Of a stretch of 64,000 nt of DNA, positions 39,883 through 50,044 are shown one piece after another. The notes beneath the pieces were generated by a model. The model ran no database searches and was not told the DNA's origin. It saw only the letters and a program-made list of their open reading frames with translations. The position numbers were made by a program, and so were the translations under genes. The stretch is from Candidatus Cloacimonadales bacterium (GTDB lineage: Bacteria; Cloacimonadota; Cloacimonadia; Cloacimonadales; JAIOQZ01), in NCBI GenBank assembly GCA_963674825.1, contig OY771587.1:2848001-2912000 (forward strand). Direction: 5' to 3'. Positions within the stretch are counted from its first letter, which is position 1. Every line of letters starts with the position of its first letter.

Positions 39883-42228
39883 ATGAAAAACCTGATAATC
39901 CTGATCCTTCTCACTGCCGCAATCTTCCTCTCCTCAACCACCCTCACCGTCAAACAGGACGGAACCGGTGACTGGACAACCATCCAATCCGCCGTGAACG
40001 CAACCGCGGACGGCGACACGGTGCTGGTCTGGCCCGGTACCTACTACGAGAACGTCAACTTCAATGGACATGGTATTACCATCGCCAGCCTGGAACTGAC
40101 GACAGGAGACGATAGCTACATTGGCACAACGATCGTGAATGGCAATCAAACAGGGAGTTGTTTTGTATTGTGCAATAATGAGCAAAATGCGGTCATTCGT
40201 GGGCTTACGATAACTAATGGCGTTGGAACTTTGTTGAACAACTATACTCGAGGAGGGGGAGTAAACATATCTAGCACGGTTGCAGAAAATCCAGTTGAAG
40301 GATCAATAATTAACTGTCACATAACCAAGAATATCGCTCAGTATGGAGGTGGAATCAGAATTAGGAAATCGAATGTGTTCTTATCAGGCACATCAATTAT
40401 GGAAAATAGGGCTAATATCGGTGGCGGAATAGAAATTGAGCGATATTCATCACTTGTGTTTGATGATATCGATCGTTGCAGTGTATACAACAATAACGCG
40501 GGAGCACAGTGCGATATTCGTATTGCTGATGCAGGTAATGATATTCAAGTCATCGTTGATACATTTACCGTGAATCCACCGACAGAATATTTTTCCTACT
40601 TCTCTCATCAGATTGTCGATGAGGGGGAATTAACTCATGATGTTTTGCACGGCTGGATGGAGGAGGTGAATCATGATCTGTATGTAGCACCCGATGGGAA
40701 CGATAGCAACAGCGGTATCACGTTTGATGATCCTATACAAAATATCTCATGGGCAATGCGTAAGATCGCTTCCGATAGCCTGAATCCCAAAACCGTATAT
40801 GTTGCTGCAGGTGAATACAGCAAGGAGCTGACTAATCTGATTCTTCCGATTTCTGTGAAAGATTACTGTAGTTTACAAGGTGCTGGCAGTGAGGCAGTTA
40901 CTCTTTATAATGATCACGATATGGATTTTTTGGGTTATGGGGTTAATTCAAGCAATATTCAAGCATCCGGTTTTAAAATAGTTAATACGCAGAATCCCGA
41001 ATCTTTGATAACAACTATGTATTGCTCAAATGTAGTATATAATGATTTTGAAATGATTGGCGCTAATGGTGACTACATTGGAACTTATGGTGCCTTGAAT
41101 GTTGGAAAACATTTATTATCGAATTCAACCATACATGGAAATTACGCTTCATGGTGTGCCGGGGTAAGTATTTCGTCAGATACTACAATCATCCGCAATT
41201 GCCGCTTCGATAATAATCACTCCACCGGCAACGACCAATACGATATTGGTACCTCTCACCTCAAAATAACCATGCAAGGCGATGCCGTGGTGGAAAACTG
41301 CACGTTCGGCAATGGCACCAGCCAGGCAACATATGGCAGTACAGCCGTATCGATCAGCAGCATGAACGACCTTGAACCGCATCTCACCTTCCGCAACAAT
41401 CTGATCTACAACAACTCCGTGCCAACGGCTGCGACAGTCCGGCTGGAAAGCCGTGGTGGTGCGGATATCTACAACTGCACATTCGTAAACAACGATGCGG
41501 GGGTTGCAGCCCTACAAGTGGAAGGCTACGAGGTGAACATCGCTAACTGTATCTTCGATAATTATTCGCCCTACGAGATCACCTTCCACGATTGGACAAG
41601 CGACCCCGTTGAAACGACAGTTAACATCGATCACTGCAATATCAAGGGTGGCGAATCTGGTGTTTATATCCCCAACCTCGATATATACACGCTCAACTGG
41701 CTCGAGGGTAATATCGACGCTCCACCGGACTGGGCAAAATACGATCCGGAAGACTTGTTCCCCTACCGCCTGCCTGAAGGCGATCTCAGCATCGACGCAG
41801 GTAGAGCGGACACGACTGGGATGTATCTACCGATATACGACCTGATCTACCATGACCGCGTCATCGACGGTGATCAGGACGGCATCTCCCGTATTGATAT
41901 GGGTTGCTACGAGTACGATCCGTATCCCGTCACCGAAGAAGATATCCCACCCTACGAATCGGGTCTGACCAACTACCCGAATCCGTTCAATCCGAGTACC
42001 ACCATCCGCTTCACGATACCAGCCACCTCTACAGTAAAAATCGCTATCTACAATATGCGCGGTCAGAAGATTCGTGACCTTGGCGGCATCACCTATCAAG
42101 CAGGCGAACATGAAATCGTGTGGGATGGACGCAACAATCGCAAATCAACAGTCGGTAGTGGCGTCTATATCTGCCGGATGAGTTACTCCGGCAAGACGTT
42201 GTACCGAAAGATGATGATGATGAAATGA
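39883..42228 (+). CDS. Secreted beta-helix (DUF1565-like) protein with CTD
   Basis: TVKQDGTGDWTTIQSAV...GDTVLVWPGTYYEN; LYVAPDGNDSNSG; IDAG...IDMGCYE; CTD. Confidence 0.8.
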   Translation: MKNLIILILLTAAIFLSSTTLTVKQDGTGDWTTIQSAVNATADGDTVLVWPGTYYENVNFNGHGITIASLELTTGDDSYIGTTIVNGNQTGSCFVLCNNEQNAVIRGLTITNGVGTLLNNYTRGGGVNISSTVAENPVEGSIINCHITKNIAQYGGGIRIRKSNVFLSGTSIMENRANIGGGIEIERYSSLVFDDIDRCSVYNNNAGAQCDIRIADAGNDIQVIVDTFTVNPPTEYFSYFSHQIVDEGELTHDVLHGWMEEVNHDLYVAPDGNDSNSGITFDDPIQNISWAMRKIASDSLNPKTVYVAAGEYSKELTNLILPISVKDYCSLQGAGSEAVTLYNDHDMDFLGYGVNSSNIQASGFKIVNTQNPESLITTMYCSNVVYNDFEMIGANGDYIGTYGALNVGKHLLSNSTIHGNYASWCAGVSISSDTTIIRNCRFDNNHSTGNDQYDIGTSHLKITMQGDAVVENCTFGNGTSQATYGSTAVSISSMNDLEPHLTFRNNLIYNNSVPTAATVRLESRGGADIYNCTFVNNDAGVAALQVEGYEVNIANCIFDNYSPYEITFHDWTSDPVETTVNIDHCNIKGGESGVYIPNLDIYTLNWLEGNIDAPPDWAKYDPEDLFPYRLPEGDLSIDAGRADTTGMYLPIYDLIYHDRVIDGDQDGISRIDMGCYEYDPYPVTEEDIPPYESGLTNYPNPFNPSTTIRFTIPATSTVKIAIYNMRGQKIRDLGGITYQAGEHEIVWDGRNNRKSTVGSGVYICRMSYSGKTLYRKMMMMK

Positions 42229-42252
42229 GGTTTCACGATGGCGTCTTGAATT

Positions 42253-42822
42253 TCAATCACCGTATTCTTTTCGAATATCTACCAATTCACCAAGATACAC
42301 TATATTGGCCTCTTTTTTCCTCATTTTGTAGCCCAATTTATCACAGATGTCCTTGATTTTCGTATGAAAAATATCCGCTTCCAATTGATGCATCCACAAT
42401 CCTTTTGTATCAGAATCTTTTCGAGTACTGTGCCACTGCCTTTCATCATCCAGAGGATGCTCAGGTCTAAAGGGATGAAGATTGAATATCTTGTTGTCGA
42501 TTTGTGTTATCCACGCTGCTCCGATTTCTGTTATTGCACCCCATGACTGTTTCGTGTTATCACTGGTGATGAATATGACGTATATCTTCTCAGTGGAATA
42601 GCTTTCTACGAAGAACTCTCTGAGATATTCGTACACCTTCCTATCTTCTGGAACCCGACACTCGACGTCATCACAATTCGTGTATAGAATGGCTTCCCGA
42701 GGGACATTATTGAAAAGCAACATCCCGTAGAGGACATCTGCAAACGGCTTATCCCTTAGCGTTTGACTTATCAGTATCTTCTTCTTCAATGCATCGACCG
42801 TCTGTTTCAGGCCTATATCGAG
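42253..42822 (-). pseudogene. 5'-truncated C-terminal fragment, TIR-like domain as found on R-M-associated ATPase/endonucleases
   Basis: Frame opens right after a stop with no ATG/RBS; KKILISQ...DK..AD...YVIFITS...SWG...EIGA.W pattern. Confidence 0.5.
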
Positions 42823-42859
42823 TTAATCATGCCGCCCAATATAATGAAACAATCACTCT

Positions 42860-44857
42860 CTACACTTCCACCAAACCCATCGACACCAAATAATTATAAG
42901 TCTCATTATAGAATTGGGGAAGCCTAGTGGGATCATCCATATCGCCCTCAGGAACAAACAGAATCATCCCTTGGCGAGCACGGGTGAGTAGCACTCTGTA
43001 GGCGTTGATCTGATATATTCTTCGTTCATGTTTGTTGACATTTTCCCATCGTGAGCCTTTGAATGAAAAGTGTGCCCACCGATTATCGCAGAAACGCAGA
43101 TCCCCATCCCAAGCAATGCATGTCCAATCAAGCTCCAATCCTTGAACCTGAAACTCAGTTGCAATATCTTCAAGATAGTATGAGGATCGTACATGCTCTT
43201 TGCCTTCAAGAAACCATGTTACAGGATCTACCTGATAGCGTACATCCATGGCATAGGGTTTCAGGCGGTAAGCTTGCGAAGACACGATGATTCCATATCG
43301 CTCAGAGCCATTAGCTTTATCACGCAACCATCGTTTAGCTTTATTGATATCTCTTGTGACAGCAATTGGGTAATTCATCTGTATCATCTGGAGTTCTTCT
43401 CTTGCTTTCTCTTGCTGGCAGTCAAGCAGGTGCTTTACGAAACCTGACACCTTCTCTGCTCTAAATGAACGCATTGAGACATTTAAATGTAGATCCTCAC
43501 AGAAATGTACACGTGATCGCTGTTCAAGCATCGTGAGTGGTTTTCCTGCCCCATATTCTTTATCTATAAGTTCTGGTGATACATAAACCTCCCATGCATG
43601 ATACTGGTCTTTCATCAACGCTGTGATCCACTCACTGATGCCAGCTTCACCTGTATTAATCTCTTGACCACCGCCAACCAAACAAACAATGACCGCCCAA
43701 TCCTGACGACGATCCATGCACGAGATGAGATATTCTGGCTCAGACTGCTCGAACTCATGCACTCCTTTCTTGTTTTTCATGAACTTGGAGGTTTGATGTA
43801 GATTCCATGCGCGTTGCGCTTCGTCAAATAATACAACATGATCAACAGGAGGTCGAGTTCGATCTTTCAAGCATTCATCCCGAAAATGGTGAACATTCTG
43901 AATAAAGGCTTGTACGCGAGATAGGGCAGCCTTTTTCGTAATCTTTCGTTCCATTTGCTTCTCGCGAACAACATGATCTCTTGCCAGTGCCTCTCTCAAG
44001 ATAGCCACCAGCGGCCCATTACCGGAGAGAAAAATGCTGTGTAAGTTGCTTTTCGAGTCGTTATATTTTGTGGCAATATTCAATCCTACGAGCGTTTTCC
44101 CTGCTCCTGGGACACCCGTAACGAAGCAAATCGCCTTCTTGCGCTCAGCACATGCCAGATCTATTACATCGATGATACAATCGGTAGTAGCTGAAAGATT
44201 TTTCGCCCCTGCATCGTTCCTGGATATCTCTGCCACATTGTGCCCTTGATAAAGAGATCGTGCTGCCTCAATAATTGTCGGTGTAGGACAATAGCGGGAA
44301 TGCTCCCAATCGTCAGCCTCTATACTCGCAGGCTTTGCAAGAGCCAAAATGCTACGCACAATATGGAGTAGATTCCAAGAATTCGCCATCACAGGACGAT
44401 ATAATCCTTGAATGCGATCATGAGGTGTTAACCCAAGAGGTTGCTCTTTGGCGTGTGTCGCCACTAGGATCGGGATAGTGCTTAGGCTATGGCTACCTTC
44501 ATGAAAATACTTCATGTCAACAGCATAGTCAACAACTTGATCAATATCCCGCGAAGAATAAACTTCACTCTCGACTTTGAACTCAATCACCATTAATATT
44601 CCATTGATGAGAACGATCGCATCAACCCGCTTACCCATACGGGGAATCGTGAACTCAAGATATATTCTACCATCCAAATCCCAAAGCGCAGTTTTCAACA
44701 TATACAGCTCTTGTTCCCATGCATGTTTCTGGGAATCCAATGGCGGAAAGCTTGAACGATAACACAACTGCCCCATTATTGATTCGTTTGGAGATTTAGC
44801 AAATTCTTCGATAGTGTTATGATACCAAGATCGGTCTATGATTTGCATTCCATCCAT
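42860..44857 (-). CDS. DUF2075 (Schlafen group 3-like) nuclease/helicase
   Basis: N-terminal EFTIPRMGKRVD...IEFK; Walker A GVPGAGKT; FDEAQR; EFQVQGLELD; NAYRVLLTRARQG. Confidence 0.85.
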   Translation of the reverse strand: MDGMQIIDRSWYHNTIEEFAKSPNESIMGQLCYRSSFPPLDSQKHAWEQELYMLKTALWDLDGRIYLEFTIPRMGKRVDAIVLINGILMVIEFKVESEVYSSRDIDQVVDYAVDMKYFHEGSHSLSTIPILVATHAKEQPLGLTPHDRIQGLYRPVMANSWNLLHIVRSILALAKPASIEADDWEHSRYCPTPTIIEAARSLYQGHNVAEISRNDAGAKNLSATTDCIIDVIDLACAERKKAICFVTGVPGAGKTLVGLNIATKYNDSKSNLHSIFLSGNGPLVAILREALARDHVVREKQMERKITKKAALSRVQAFIQNVHHFRDECLKDRTRPPVDHVVLFDEAQRAWNLHQTSKFMKNKKGVHEFEQSEPEYLISCMDRRQDWAVIVCLVGGGQEINTGEAGISEWITALMKDQYHAWEVYVSPELIDKEYGAGKPLTMLEQRSRVHFCEDLHLNVSMRSFRAEKVSGFVKHLLDCQQEKAREELQMIQMNYPIAVTRDINKAKRWLRDKANGSERYGIIVSSQAYRLKPYAMDVRYQVDPVTWFLEGKEHVRSSYYLEDIATEFQVQGLELDWTCIAWDGDLRFCDNRWAHFSFKGSRWENVNKHERRIYQINAYRVLLTRARQGMILFVPEGDMDDPTRLPQFYNETYNYLVSMGLVEV

Positions 44858-44911
44858 CGTTTATCCCTACAATTTGTACATTGATCTTACTGTGTTCACC
44901 GAAACATTGCT

Positions 44912-45277
44912 TTATATGTGCGATCTGGGCGATATTGCTTCTGCGCGTCGTTCAGGTCCAAGAGCATGCCCACTTGATTTACAGCTCTTGTCGCGGCACA
45001 CACAGCGATTATAAATAGAAAATGTCTGGCATGGAGCGCAACCAGCCAATAACTTGATACTTGAGTCATCATACATACTACCGATTTGCTCGGAATGGAC
45101 ATCTACCACAGACTCGTGAAGAAAACGAGCACGAATGTTTTCTTCAAAGGGGTAACGGCAATTTGAATCGTTATCGACTCCGAGTAATACTTCAATCCCC
45201 GCCTGTTTGAGTCCGTAAGACAATCCTCCGACTCCACAAAAGATATCCACAGCTTGAACACATGTTTTTATCATTTC
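44912..45277 (-). pseudogene. Truncated C5 DNA cytosine methyltransferase
   Basis: Motif I DIFCGVGG and motif IV GCAPCQTFS present; similarity lost thereafter, with no ENV or later motifs. Confidence 0.8.
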
Positions 45278-45546
45278 ATCCTTCCAATATTTTCATACAA
45301 GTTTGTAGTTGTTATCGAGTCAATGTTTTTTATCGATATCGATAATTTAATTGTACATTCGCATTTCCTTTTTCTTTATCGCCTGCTCTTTCCTGACCTG
45401 AAATATTCCAATACTCTCTATTTCCCAACAATATACATGGTCTATTCGAGTCCCCGTAAAAGAACTCATACTGTCTCCGAAGGATTTGACTTCCTGTGTG
45501 CGATCTTTATCGTAGAGACATACTTAGGAACACAAAGGAGACTACG

Positions 45547-45837
45547 ATGGAGACGAAAAAGACCACAGAGACCACCCCGAAAACGATGATCATCAACGCG
45601 AAGATTTCAGGTAGCATGAGAGCTGCTTTCAAGGATGAGGACGGCGAAGTAATGAAGAACTACGACGGCCCAGTACCGGAGCTCATGCCAGGAAAGCACT
45701 GGGGAGATTACATCAACCTCGAAATAGACATCGAGACGGGCCGCATCCTCAACTGGGAAGCCACCCGGCAGGATGTAGCCGATTTCTTGAACGCACCTGA
45801 AAACGCTACAGACTTTACCGCCCCGGACACAGAATAA
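45547..45837 (+). CDS. Small hypothetical protein
   Basis: AAGGAG RBS; YDGPVP...WGDYINLEID..TGRI.NW; convergent with the head morphogenesis gene. Confidence 0.6.
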   Translation: METKKTTETTPKTMIINAKISGSMRAAFKDEDGEVMKNYDGPVPELMPGKHWGDYINLEIDIETGRILNWEATRQDVADFLNAPENATDFTAPDTE

Positions 45838-45910
45838 TCCTCTATTAACACCGAAAACTGGCTACTCCGCCAGTATTCCTCGTTGGTCCAACTCAACTCC
45901 ATTCCGTCCC

Positions 45911-46789
45911 CTAAACCACCACCTCCGTCCCTGTCCTGCACTTCCAGTGGAACGGCGGGAAGGGCGTATGACTTCCTGATACGCCGGTTGGTTTGCCGCT
46001 GGCGTTTCGTTCTATCTGGTCGTCGCTGACCCACGGAGCGAGCTCCTTCGTGCGTTCTCGCGCGGTTTCGAGGCTGTGCTGCTTCGGATCGATGGCCAGC
46101 AGGTCTTCCATCACCTCGATCGCGTCGGAGAGCGGATAGACCTTGTTCTGCGCCTCAAGAGCGCGACAGATATCCGACGTGCGATCATCCAACACGACCA
46201 CCAGCCGATAGTACCTCGCGCCAGCCTTGCGATACCCCTCCAACCTGCCAAACTCGCGTATCCGGAGCGCAGTATGCTCCGCCAAGCCCTGCCAGTAATG
46301 CTGCGATTTTTGGCCCAAGTCCTTGAATTGCTCCGCCAACTTCTCTTGCAGCATCTTCTTCGTGTAGCCGGAGGCGACGGCCTCGGTCAGCGTGGAGCGG
46401 AACTTCTGCGAGATATCCGTGCCGAAGCGTTCGCCGATCCAGAACAGGTTCTGGCGGGTAATGACGGTCTCGAGCCGCTTCTCCCGCGCACCGTACAGCC
46501 CGATTCGCGTGTTGTGCGGAACCTGCTTTTGCGCGTCGTTCAGGCCCAGCAACATGCACCGCTGGATGTACGCCTTCGTTTCGGCTCGCACAGCGGACGA
46601 AAAATCCTCGCCGAGGTTGGAGTCGATGACAGCGAGAACGTCGTCGATATGGGTGCGATTGAGCCGTTCGTGACGTGGGATGTCGGACAAGGTTCTGATC
46701 GCTTGAGTCGCTGACTCGCGCACCTCGCGCTGCCAGGCATTGTTCAGGACACGATAGTACTCGAGCATGATGCGGTCGAAGTAGGTCAA
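45911..46789 (-). CDS. Phage head morphogenesis protein (Mu gpF / SPP1 gp7-like)
   Basis: LDDRTSDIC...PPFHWKCR; TTG start overlapping the terminase stop. Confidence 0.85.
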   Translation of the reverse strand: MTYFDRIMLEYYRVLNNAWQREVRESATQAIRTLSDIPRHERLNRTHIDDVLAVIDSNLGEDFSSAVRAETKAYIQRCMLLGLNDAQKQVPHNTRIGLYGAREKRLETVITRQNLFWIGERFGTDISQKFRSTLTEAVASGYTKKMLQEKLAEQFKDLGQKSQHYWQGLAEHTALRIREFGRLEGYRKAGARYYRLVVVLDDRTSDICRALEAQNKVYPLSDAIEVMEDLLAIDPKQHSLETARERTKELAPWVSDDQIERNASGKPTGVSGSHTPFPPFHWKCRTGTEVVV

Positions 46790-48330
46790 AACCGGAAGCT
46801 CCTGACGCGCGTTCTGTTGCGTCCTGTGTCGTACTCGGGAAAGCGTTCGAGGCAGCCTGCGAGGGCGTCTGGGCCGTCCACGTAGCCTTGCGGATAGGTG
46901 AGGAACTGGCTGATGAGGGTTGGCGTGTCCTGCCCGTCGGGGAAGACGACCTTGCCGGTCTCGATGACGGTGTCGACGCGCTCGATGCGCAGGGCCTTGT
47001 TGCGGTCGTTGTTGACGCGCCGGATGCGGTGCGAGATGGGATTGCGCCCGTTCTCGCGGCACCAGCGGTCGAAGTCCGCGAGGATGCGGTGCTGCCCGTA
47101 GTTGGTTTCCATCGCGGCGCGGAAGCGGACTCCGTAGCGACGAGATAGCTCGTTGCAGGCGTCGTAGTAGAAGGCGAAGAAGCGGGAGTTCTCGGTCTGG
47201 CGCACCCAGCAGTGAATCACGTAGAACTTCAGGCCGTCGTAGCCGATGGAGATGATCGCCTTGTAGCAACCCTTCTCGCCCCACGCGGGGTCGGCGTACA
47301 TCCACACTCGCTTCATGCGCTTGGGCAGGCGCGCGTAGCGTTTGAACCAATGATGCTTGAACATGTTGCCCTCGATCACCGGTACGCCGAGAAACTCGCG
47401 CTGATAGCCCGTGTGACCGAACTTGCGGCGCAGCATCGGCAGCTCGTTTGTTGGGTATTGTTTCTCCCACACGGAGCGACCATCATCGGTTTCCAGAGAG
47501 AAGCGCAGCAATCGCCTTCCCTCTGCGAACAGATGCCGCACCTCGTCCGGATTGAAGCTGTCGTTGTCGGACTTGATCTCCTCGACGATGCTCTCCATGA
47601 ACTGGCAGATGGCATAGTTGGGATGCACGAGGTTACCGAGCCAGATCACCTTACCGGTGCCGGAGGGGTCGAGCGCGCCACCGATTTCCTGCACGATCTT
47701 GTCCATGCGCCTGCGGCCGATGGTCTGGTTGCCGACGTTCTCCTCCTTGTCGATGTCGTCGCAAACGATGAGACCGGGACGGGTAGAGGTGCGGGGATTG
47801 ATGGAGCCGCGGAACGACTGCTTCACGCCTCGCGCACGGATGCGACAGCGATTGCGCAGGTAGAAGTCGTCCTCGGTCGCGTCGATTGGACGCAGGTCGT
47901 CGAAGTCGCCAAGCAGCCGCCTGTTGTTGGTCAGCTCGTTGAAGGTGAAGGCTGTGCGCTCCTCAGCCAGATCGACGTCTGCAGCGGTGTGGATGACGTA
48001 GCGTTCGCCCTTGATCACACACCAGATCGGATAAACCACGCCCATAAGCACGGTCTTGCCGAGACCACGAAATCCCGTGATAGCAGTGACGCCAGACTCG
48101 GCTTCAACCACATCGAACATCTCGGGGTGGCAGTCACAGAACGGATGCTCGAAGATGTGTGGGAAATAGCTGCGGCAGAAGAAGGAGAACGACGACCACC
48201 CGGTGCCTGTAGCGAGGTCGATGCGCGCTTTGCGAGCTTGCGGGGAGTCGTCGGGGAAGGGTTTGACCGACGGTGTCTTCGCCGCGACGGACGTGAAGAA
48301 CCGCAGGTCTTTCTGGGTCGGCTTAGGCAT
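46786..48330 (-). CDS. Terminase large subunit
   Basis: GFRGLGKT, IVCDD, GN coupling motif, YADPA and DGPDAL nuclease motifs. Confidence 0.9.
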   Translation of the reverse strand: MPKPTQKDLRFFTSVAAKTPSVKPFPDDSPQARKARIDLATGTGWSSFSFFCRSYFPHIFEHPFCDCHPEMFDVVEAESGVTAITGFRGLGKTVLMGVVYPIWCVIKGERYVIHTAADVDLAEERTAFTFNELTNNRRLLGDFDDLRPIDATEDDFYLRNRCRIRARGVKQSFRGSINPRTSTRPGLIVCDDIDKEENVGNQTIGRRRMDKIVQEIGGALDPSGTGKVIWLGNLVHPNYAICQFMESIVEEIKSDNDSFNPDEVRHLFAEGRRLLRFSLETDDGRSVWEKQYPTNELPMLRRKFGHTGYQREFLGVPVIEGNMFKHHWFKRYARLPKRMKRVWMYADPAWGEKGCYKAIISIGYDGLKFYVIHCWVRQTENSRFFAFYYDACNELSRRYGVRFRAAMETNYGQHRILADFDRWCRENGRNPISHRIRRVNNDRNKALRIERVDTVIETGKVVFPDGQDTPTLISQFLTYPQGYVDGPDALAGCLERFPEYDTGRNRTRVRSFRF

Positions 48331-48784
48331 GACCGGCGCGACTCATGAAGTAGGCCACGAGCCCGTTGTCGCCGAGGATTTCCCGCTGGATGGCTTTCGC
48401 AGTCGCCTCGTCGCCTCTTGCATGGTAGAAGTCGATCTGCCAGTCCAGGAATCGCTTCATGTGGTCGATCAGGTCCTTGCTTGGCTCGAGCTCCTTCTGG
48501 TACTGCTTCAGGAGCGACACGAGAGACTGCAGAGCCGTGTCCTGCGGGTTGTCGGCATACTGCTTCAGGGCCATCAGGAGGGCGCGGCGGATGTTGAGTC
48601 GAATCTTCGCGTCGAGGGTTTCGAGCTCGTCTAACTCATCGCGCCAGCCGCCCTCCCTGATCCACTTGCGCACCGTCTTGGGCGTCACGCTGAGCACGTC
48701 GGCCAGATCGCGCACGACAGTTCGCCCCGCGAGGAACATCTCGCGGCAGCTCTCGCGCTTGGCTTCGTAGTTCTCGGCCATCAC
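48323..48784 (-). CDS. Terminase small subunit-like HTH protein (DUF1804-like)
   Basis: N-terminal HTH (LADVLSVTPKTVRKW...GW) immediately upstream of TerL. Confidence 0.7.
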   Translation of the reverse strand: MMAENYEAKRESCREMFLAGRTVVRDLADVLSVTPKTVRKWIREGGWRDELDELETLDAKIRLNIRRALLMALKQYADNPQDTALQSLVSLLKQYQKELEPSKDLIDHMKRFLDWQIDFYHARGDEATAKAIQREILGDNGLVAYFMSRAGHA

Positions 48785-48996
48785 TCGTTCAGCGGATCGA
48801 CCTGATGCGTCGCCAGATAACCATTCAGGGCTTGCCCATGAACGCGCAACTGGCCGTTGCTCTTCAGCCTGAAAGCGGGTAGCGGTTCTTCTATGCTGCG
48901 GATCATCCGGTACACCGTCGAGATGTTGACGTTGAGGCAGCCCGCGATTTCATCCGGTCGATAGCAGCGTTTCTCATCAAATACTTGCATCTTCAT
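48781..48996 (-). CDS. Excisionase/MerR-like HTH protein, candidate middle/late regulator
   Basis: YRPDEIA..LNV..STVYRMI...LPAFR. Confidence 0.7.
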   Translation of the reverse strand: MKMQVFDEKRCYRPDEIAGCLNVNISTVYRMIRSIEEPLPAFRLKSNGQLRVHGQALNGYLATHQVDPLNE

Positions 48997-49008
48997 ACCT
49001 CTATGTCG

Positions 49009-49046
49009 AACGTACGAAAAACTCGCGCCGATGACAACGCGAGTTG
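49009..49046 (-). promoter_or_regulatory. Overlapping early-operon terminator and putative promoter
   Basis: AACTCGCG-N10-CGCGAGTT-TTT hairpin containing TTGTCA-N17-TACGTT. Confidence 0.55.
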
Positions 49047-49064
49047 AACGCTCCTGCCACTGAA

Positions 49065-49661
49065 TCAGATTGCGCTGAAGTTGAGCGGGATAAGCTTGAA
49101 GGATTCTTCGATGCTATCCCGCTGGTAGAAGGCGAGATACTGCCGGGTCGAGGTGACTTGAATCGCTTTGTCGATCAGCTCCATCGCGTCCTTCCAGTTG
49201 GCGTCCTTGATGTTGTAGCGACGCAGGCCGAGAATGCGGTGCTTCGCAATCTGCCCCTTCTTATCGACCTGGAACGCCTCGTTGATGATGGCGCGGAGGT
49301 TGATGTTGCTGTCCTGCGACCAGCGTTTGAGGCACTCGTCGATCTTCTGCTTAGCGAGTTGCAGCTCGACGCCGAAGGTGATGCGTTCGCGGTTGCGGAC
49401 TTCCACTTTGAACCGGCCGTCGAAGCTGACGAGTTCGGCGTTGCCCTTCCATGTCTCGTCGTACTGCGCTGCGAGATCGTCGAGGTACTTCTCGATCTCG
49501 GTGGACATGCGTTCCTTTTCGGTCGTGATGCTGGTGTGAAGCCGTTGCGCGCGCTTCATCACCTTCTGGACGATGCGGTCACGCTTCACGATGGCTGGGT
49601 CGAGAATGCTGGCGGGATATTCGCGCCCCTCGGCGTCGGTGAGAGTTCTGGTCTTGGCCAT
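49065..49661 (-). CDS. DUF3164 family Mu-like prophage protein
   Basis: KGNAEL.SFDG...ITFG.ELQ.AK..IDECL..W...AFQVDK.G...W..AM..I. Confidence 0.8.
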   Translation of the reverse strand: MAKTRTLTDAEGREYPASILDPAIVKRDRIVQKVMKRAQRLHTSITTEKERMSTEIEKYLDDLAAQYDETWKGNAELVSFDGRFKVEVRNRERITFGVELQLAKQKIDECLKRWSQDSNINLRAIINEAFQVDKKGQIAKHRILGLRRYNIKDANWKDAMELIDKAIQVTSTRQYLAFYQRDSIEESFKLIPLNFSAI

Positions 49662-49672
49662 AATCTATCTCC

Positions 49673-50044
49673 TTATGCGGATTTCTGTTTCTTCTTCAGC
49701 ATGGCGATGACGCCGCGCCGTTCGTGCTCGTTGAGAGCATTGAAATGTGTCTTGCTGAAGCGTTTGAGCAGGTACTTCTGCATGTCATTCTGCGACCAGC
49801 CGAGTTCCTTCATCAGAGCATGCATGAGCCGTCCTTGCGGTTCGTACACGGCTCGAGGATGGACGCTTCCCGTGAGGTGGCTCTTGAGCTTCTTCAACCG
49901 GTCGATGCTCAGCTTGCGCAACGACGGACCGAAGCCCCAATGAACCATCACCACGTGCAACTCGTCCATGCTCCAGCCGTGCCGCTTGATCGCGGTCGCG
50001 GCGATTTCACGGCGCAGAAGGCGGGTGTATTCATCCTTGGTCAT
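49673..50044 (-). CDS. GemA/gp16-like regulatory protein
   Basis: SLRKLS..L motif; position in the Mu early region. Confidence 0.5.
   Translation of the reverse strand: MTKDEYTRLLRREIAATAIKRHGWSMDELHVVMVHWGFGPSLRKLSIDRLKKLKSHLTGSVHPRAVYEPQGRLMHALMKELGWSQNDMQKYLLKRFSKTHFNALNEHERRGVIAMLKKKQKSA

Noticed and set aside
46790..47470. N-terminal extension of the 519-aa ORF in the track
   Set aside because: It overlaps the terminase in another frame and is Arg-rich nonsense; the real gene probably starts at TTG 46789
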